64,000 nucleotides of DNA, from assembly GCA_001643675.2 (NCBI GenBank), contig LSRY02000016.1, positions 930,001 to 994,000 on the forward strand, written 5' to 3'. The stretch comes from Monocercomonoides exilis PA203. Its lineage: Eukaryota; Protista; Preaxostyla. Shown here in pieces: positions 59,501 to 64,000 of the stretch. The notes under the pieces are model-generated. The model searched no databases. It was not told the origin of the DNA and saw nothing but the letters and a program-made list of their open reading frames with translations. Both the position numbers and the translations under genes were made by a program. Within the stretch, counting starts at the first letter, position 1, and each line of letters opens with the position of its first letter.

Positions 59501-62500
59501 GCTGTCCTCGTGATTGTCCCCGGCCGAAGACACAAACACCGTCTCGCTCTGGTACTTCACAATTCTCTTCAGCAGATCTTCTTCGTCCAGATACATGTCT
59601 GAGGTGCATCCCCATATTGCGAGGTCTTTCACAAATGGGGCTCTGAAGTCCAGCAAAAACTGCCCATCTGCGATCTGTGCTTCTATCGAGCGGCATTTCA
59701 CATACACATCTCTTCCCCGATATGCAGTATTGTCCTTGAACGTGATGTTCGACAGCACAAATGCTGCTGGCTCGGCAGCCGCAGATGTGCATTCCAAAAA
59801 CAAGCCTCCACCCCTTCCAGTTGATGAGCAGAAGCAGTCGGTGATTGAAGAAAACAAGCAGTCAAAACGCCCTCCTTCGTTCAGTCTGAACAAAGCAGCC
59901 CCTCCATTTTTGCATCCAGAACCACCACATTTTTTGATTGTTGTATTGCGGATGACCATTTTTGTTGGGTCAATGCCTGTGCTTCGGAACATTGCGATGT
60001 TGCCAGCTGCACTCTGGGTCACTTCTTCAAGTGTGCTCCACTCCACCACAACACTTTCATCGGCTTCAGCATTCACATTTTCATTTCCAGTTAAAGCCCT
60101 TGCAACATACAACCCGCTTCCGCCTTCCAGCTGGATGTTTTTCATTGTCAAGTTTCTGAATGCCAAGGATGCAGCAGATGCTATTGATGCGATGTCGCAG
60201 GAAAAGGAAAGCGACTGTATTGCCACAAATGCGAAAACAACACTTCCTGCATCCGCTTTAATCAAGCCAAAGTTAATCATGTCTTCTTCTCCTCTTTCTT
60301 CATTTTTTGCGAATGAACAGTCTTTCAGAGTCAACGATCCTTCTCTGGAGCTGACATGAATCAAACTGTTTACACCAGTGGCGAATGAAGATGGCAGAAC
60401 GAATCTTATCAATTCGAAATATGAGATGCCTTGAACATTCATTGCTTCGTCCTCCGCTCCTTCAATAGAAGAGCGACACTCAAGTGAGCACATATCTGTA
60501 TTATTTGAGCTTATTGAAATATCACCAAGATCAACACTTTTTTTGAGAATTCCTTTTCCAATGATGTTAATATTCCTTTCATTTCCTTCAAGCAGCCGAT
60601 CCAAAGAATAATCAATTGACAGGCAAGGATAATCAGAAAGTCCACAAATACACACATCCTTTCCATTGCCCCCAATAAATATCTCTGATCCAAATGTTCG
60701 CCAGAAATAGATCAGTGGAATGGCATTTGTTGTGTCACTTTTATCAAAGCCGCTCAATGAATCCAACGAAATATCTGCCATGTGCTCGAGCACAAATGGA
60801 AGCGAGGCGTTGGTGATGCTCTTTGTCAAGTTTGATGATTCAACAAACAGGTCATTTCCGTATTTTGCAACATTTGGCTTGCTGTTATCAAAAACAGGGG
60901 ATGATATTGAAAATGAAGGATCGCCATCAACCAATGTCAGTGCCATTCCCCCGCCAAGCCCAATCTTGCCTTCTTCGTCAGGGGCAGTGCATCTTGTGAA
61001 AGTACATGAAATGATGTTCAATTGAGTATTCCATTTTATCTGAGCATCAATGGCACCTCCTCTGCTTCCATCAGCCATCACAGAGCATCCATCAAAAACA
61101 TTCCCTTCGATATTAATTTGTGTGTTTTCGTTTTCTATGTTGCTGTTATCAACACTTATACTGCCTCCATTTCCAGTTCTTCGAACAAAAGATATTGCTT
61201 CGCATTTCGTCATGTTCAAATACCTTACATTTCTGCTTTCAACCAAGCATCCGCTTTGCTGCCCATTTCCTGAAAAGTTGCCTTCCACAATTTCGATCGA
61301 AGGTGTTTCTCCACCACTCCCATCAACAATAATCGCACTCTTCTGCCATCCGATTGCATTCCCAAATACATTGTTCATCACAACCTCGCCTCCTTCCACT
61401 TTCACACAGGAAACTCGCAATTCGTTTTTCGATGCAACAATTCCACAGTTCTGAATTGTCAATGTGCTGGAAACACAATGGAAAATACTTCCATAAGATC
61501 CAATTCTTTCTGAGAGTGAAAGCACCACTTCAATGAATGATACTGGACAGTGTGACTCGAATATTCCACTTTGAGCACCAGAAATATCACCAGCTATCCC
61601 ATAATTCGTTTCATTTCCTTCTCCGCTCATACTCCATTCCTCTGTCTTCATGTTCAATTCTTCTCCAAAAAAGAACGGTGAATTCAGCTTGATTGACTTG
61701 TTTTTGCCTGAAAACCTCAAACTTGCTGCTTTTGTAATCGTATCACATGGAACTTGCTCGAATCCACAACCACTGAAGTCATGAGCCTCTTGCCCACCCA
61801 CATGGCATGGCTCTGTGAAGTTATTCCACAGATACACAACAAGCGGTATTTCGAACTCTTCATTTGCTGTTGAGCGCTCAAAGCCGTTCAACTTTTCAAA
61901 GTCATTCAATTCAACATCGAAGCAAAATGTTGTTGTGTTTGCCACTGCACCCAGATCATCAGCATCCAGAAACACATCTTTCCCTTTCCTTCCTTTGCAC
62001 CCAATGAATTGCACACTCTTCAAAACAAAATCAGATGCTCCATCATCCAAAACAAGATATATCCCTCCTCCCAATCCTTTGCTCCCATCTGCATTTGCAG
62101 TTGCATCACACTCCGAAAACCCCACCTTTGCCTCTTGCTCAACCTCACTTCCATTGTTTGGAAGAGCTTCTGTGATATTGCCAACACTGAAGCTCGATCC
62201 ACTTTTCATATGTATCCACAGCCCGCCTCCATTCCCTCTCTCGCTTTTGCACGAACTCATGCTTCCTTCTTCAAACGCAAAAGAGCAGCCATCTTCAAGT
62301 GTGCATTCAATTGCTCCCCCGTTTTGATTTTTCCCCACAAAGTTGGACAGAGTGCAGCTGACAATTTCAACTTTCTTGGCACTTGTGGAAGATATCAAAT
62401 GAGAGGATGCCATCTCTTCTGATTGAGTAATCGAAGAAATGATGCAATCTCTCATCAGAAGTGAAGCCTTCCCCTTCACTTCAAACAAGCCTGATGCACA

Positions 62501-64000
62501 AGTTGTTCCAACTTCATTCATTTGAATGCTTGTTAATTCTGCTTCTGTGCTGCTTCCTGACAACGAGATCAATGGACTTCCACTCAACATCTTTGACGAA
62601 ACAGAGAATGTATCGATTGTTAACATCCCTGAGTCAACAGACAAGAATAGAAATGCAATTTCAGATGAAGGATTTTGAATGGAAAGCGAACACTGAGACA
62701 TAGTCAGTGATGATGATGATGACGAAATAAAAGTGGAATGTGAAAGAGAAGGAGGAAGAGAGAAGATAAGAGTTGACAAGACTGTTTCGACTCCAACTTT
62801 CACCATTGCCGTATTTGCTCCTGCGGTGGCATCAGAAACTGTCCATCCACTTTGATCGTCTTTTCCTCGGATTTCATGTTTCTGTTCACCAAATACCAAT
62901 TCATCGCTCATCATAATCATTCCATTAACAACAATTTTCTTTGGCCCTGCAAGCTGAGTGAGGGAGTGCTTCAAAGTCAAACAAGGGAATTGGACAATTC
63001 CGCAATGCGAGTGATTGGACGCCTCAGTATTACTCACATAAATCTCGGATGGAGGAGAAAGAAGATAGATGCACAGAGGAATGGCCACACTGTTGTTTCC
63101 ACCATCATATCCTTTCACTTTGTCAACGGAATCCGATGAGGCTGTGACACATGTGATTTTTTGTGACTTCGCGGTCACTTCCAGATTGGGTGAAATGGCA
63201 AAGATGTCATTTCCCCATTTTGCTGTGTTTGTGCCAAAGGAGGAAGAAATCAAGAAATCTGGGTTTTCAGTTGATAATTGAAGAAGGATTCCTCCGCCAA
63301 GTCCGTTGGATGCCGAGCAAAAGCAGCCATTAAACGACCCGTCTTTCACATTCACTTCATTTGCATCCCCAACACACAGCATTGTTGATCCTCCATTCTC
63401 TGAACTTGTGCTCCCGCATCCTTCAAATACACTTGAATTCAAATCAATATTTGCCATGCCATTGGATAACGACATCACTGCTGATCCGCTGGTTGTTCTT
63501 TCAATCCCATCAAAGTCACATTCCGAAAGTCTCAATGAAACAGCACTTGTTGAAGAAAGCGAAAGCAGTGAAACGGTTGAGACCATCCCTTTCCACTTCA
63601 CATGATCCATGCTCATCCTCCCATTTTGGATGCAAACCATTTCTGTGGAATAAGCTGTACCAGATTGAAGCGCGCTTCCAGCTGATATGTTCAGCCTGCT
63701 CACATCCATTTCTCCCTCGCCTGATATTTCGAACAGCCTTGTTCTGCAATTGTTCTGGTGTGTTGGGTCGTGTACAAGAGCAAGGTCACTGACAGACAAT
63801 GTGCCTGCTGAGACCGAAAAAAGAGACAAGTCAGCTGTTTCAAATTCTGTTTGCATCGTTGTGCTCGAATCACTTTGTCCACATATTGTGAATGCATTGA
63901 CACCACAATCCACACTGTGTGTTTCGACAATTGTTCCTGCCAATATTTCAATGTCTTTCACAACACCTGGAATCATCTGTGTCAGGCAATGGCTGACTGT
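56594..64000 (-). CDS. Giant Pmp-like beta-helix + TM + pseudokinase receptor-like protein; 5'-partial (>2460 aa)
   Basis: The frame stays open to the window edge (TVSHCLTQMIPG...). It has four CGxxxxPC-led modules with GGxI and N.AK.G.D(V/I/L)F motifs, TM FWPIIVIVCVVFVVLLLAIVVILAV-RWKK, and kinase C-lobe motifs RWKAPE, VAFSIGMMLWECLTLQIPF, GERP, RPT. No GxGxxG, VAIK, HRD or DFG. Confidence 0.9.
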   Translation of the reverse strand, partial: TVSHCLTQMIPGVVKDIEILAGTIVETHSVDCGVNAFTICGQSDSSTTMQTEFETADLSLFSVSAGTLSVSDLALVHDPTHQNNCRTRLFEISGEGEMDVSRLNISAGSALQSGTAYSTEMVCIQNGRMSMDHVKWKGMVSTVSLLSLSSTSAVSLRLSECDFDGIERTTSGSAVMSLSNGMANIDLNSSVFEGCGSTSSENGGSTMLCVGDANEVNVKDGSFNGCFCSASNGLGGGILLQLSTENPDFLISSSFGTNTAKWGNDIFAISPNLEVTAKSQKITCVTASSDSVDKVKGYDGGNNSVAIPLCIYLLSPPSEIYVSNTEASNHSHCGIVQFPCLTLKHSLTQLAGPKKIVVNGMIMMSDELVFGEQKHEIRGKDDQSGWTVSDATAGANTAMVKVGVETVLSTLIFSLPPSLSHSTFISSSSSSLTMSQCSLSIQNPSSEIAFLFLSVDSGMLTIDTFSVSSKMLSGSPLISLSGSSTEAELTSIQMNEVGTTCASGLFEVKGKASLLMRDCIISSITQSEEMASSHLISSTSAKKVEIVSCTLSNFVGKNQNGGAIECTLEDGCSFAFEEGSMSSCKSERGNGGGLWIHMKSGSSFSVGNITEALPNNGSEVEQEAKVGFSECDATANADGSKGLGGGIYLVLDDGASDFVLKSVQFIGCKGRKGKDVFLDADDLGAVANTTTFCFDVELNDFEKLNGFERSTANEEFEIPLVVYLWNNFTEPCHVGGQEAHDFSGCGFEQVPCDTITKAASLRFSGKNKSIKLNSPFFFGEELNMKTEEWSMSGEGNETNYGIAGDISGAQSGIFESHCPVSFIEVVLSLSERIGSYGSIFHCVSSTLTIQNCGIVASKNELRVSCVKVEGGEVVMNNVFGNAIGWQKSAIIVDGSGGETPSIEIVEGNFSGNGQQSGCLVESRNVRYLNMTKCEAISFVRRTGNGGSISVDNSNIENENTQINIEGNVFDGCSVMADGSRGGAIDAQIKWNTQLNIISCTFTRCTAPDEEGKIGLGGGMALTLVDGDPSFSISSPVFDNSKPNVAKYGNDLFVESSNLTKSITNASLPFVLEHMADISLDSLSGFDKSDTTNAIPLIYFWRTFGSEIFIGGNGKDVCICGLSDYPCLSIDYSLDRLLEGNERNINIIGKGILKKSVDLGDISISSNNTDMCSLECRSSIEGAEDEAMNVQGISYFELIRFVLPSSFATGVNSLIHVSSREGSLTLKDCSFAKNEERGEEDMINFGLIKADAGSVVFAFVAIQSLSFSCDIASIASAASLAFRNLTMKNIQLEGGSGLYVARALTGNENVNAEADESVVVEWSTLEEVTQSAAGNIAMFRSTGIDPTKMVIRNTTIKKCGGSGCKNGGAALFRLNEGGRFDCLFSSITDCFCSSTGRGGGLFLECTSAAAEPAAFVLSNITFKDNTAYRGRDVYVKCRSIEAQIADGQFLLDFRAPFVKDLAIWGCTSDMYLDEEDLLKRIVKYQSETVFVSSAGDNHEDSKQCGGLDGPCSTLSEGLLHVIPSLFSQLLISSRTAILSRCNVLNVTIRSLESPSPAQVFLNSTIPCGSSIITTSEKVRIESLSFSVGSSFSFSGGSLISETNGQLYLSSVLFASEVPSNSIHPIAFNSALLSVESGLLLIDNCTVLEISFEQPVFRLTGSSKVSLAKVDVKQVELSSNLFEVGECVSVVIDDAAVDGVKSRNGSVISICEDMSGVVSFGSSSIRNFSRDSFGACFLSASSPSARINLSNCSCSDCVSLSKKGSIVDVSSALVISMQMCELVGRQTISSSEESVCKWNGSLINLSHAAALMKDVTISNSSSGGLSLAAGSMTIEKGEFYDNSPSMPKYPSLRRNVFCCDSASLAIDSLKGGDGVKDNTSLWITSEDCSLKGAAQGRPSPFFIPHLESASLAESGSEANIKFIGSLFLPCDLSFKLICTINDVELVERYPFDENSFVSETEVVGTIPSAKLTSDADGSELSTAIEFGKSSASTKSFILKNRSVTQTSGDEKIVEGGKKEKSFWPIIVIVCVVFVVLLLAIVVILAVRWKKVKNEAEDLREIVNDNIRKDPKAFEMVTMEMSPEEQWRRAEREAEKKNEERIKKRIYETNMQHSESSEHLLSESGSTEYILGKDSDKIPQWALEKDEEEEKDTRKRTPSPSISSTSTTDSDSTFVRGEDLCPTTSSMSNLVDAMACSSPHEKLIVDLRDSLFMLLHGRNEKKEMAIGSLKEREQTVAQILFWVANLALHSFDEMENELSSLANLSPHIVLFSEHMVICIALHSDCSSDSDTSSISSASTMVTSSSDVSVKSERFTKSPPPSSAFEDEDDNRKECMRWKAPELLINKKLGATKESVAFSIGMMLWECLTLQIPFGEYEAEVAGQKIVNGERPIMGIAEKNPFSGCVLSCLDSNAPARPTLVGLKREFIQHFPAGAAVLTMSDAIGYAYSSSSGSRRKASGAESEGSGSGSIL

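Overview
Eukaryotic genomic DNA with short GT-AG introns (mostly about 55-230 nt, often with GTTTGT/GTATG donors), AT-rich intergenic DNA and the standard genetic code. The gene families and Ser-rich proteins resemble the oxymonad Monocercomonoides; this is an inference from recognition, not a search. The dominant structure is a ~12.75-kb near-perfect palindrome (arms 29865-36183 and 36305-42616) carrying two tail-to-tail copies of an intronless ABCC/MRP transporter. Its axis sits in a ~1.07-kb MITE/fold-back-like element whose 121-nt loop is still partly self-complementary. Degenerate telomere-like boxes point outward near both outer ends, and the left junction falls in what looks like an intron of a giant HEAT-repeat, possibly huntingtin-like, gene. 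Both window ends hold giant intronless receptor-like genes (Pmp-like GGA beta-helix modules, one TM helix, pseudokinase tail) with divergent ectodomains but nearly identical tail DNA; the left one (1-7720) is missing from the ORF track. Also present: a 6-exon coiled-coil gene, a Ser-rich gene head-to-head with cyclophilin H (PPIH), a dead Merlin/IS1595-like transposon, small inverted-repeat elements, a 3-exon lineage-specific helical-protein gene, an orphan C-terminal half of WDR48/UAF1, and decayed pseudogenes. No rRNA, tRNA or CRISPR was recognised.
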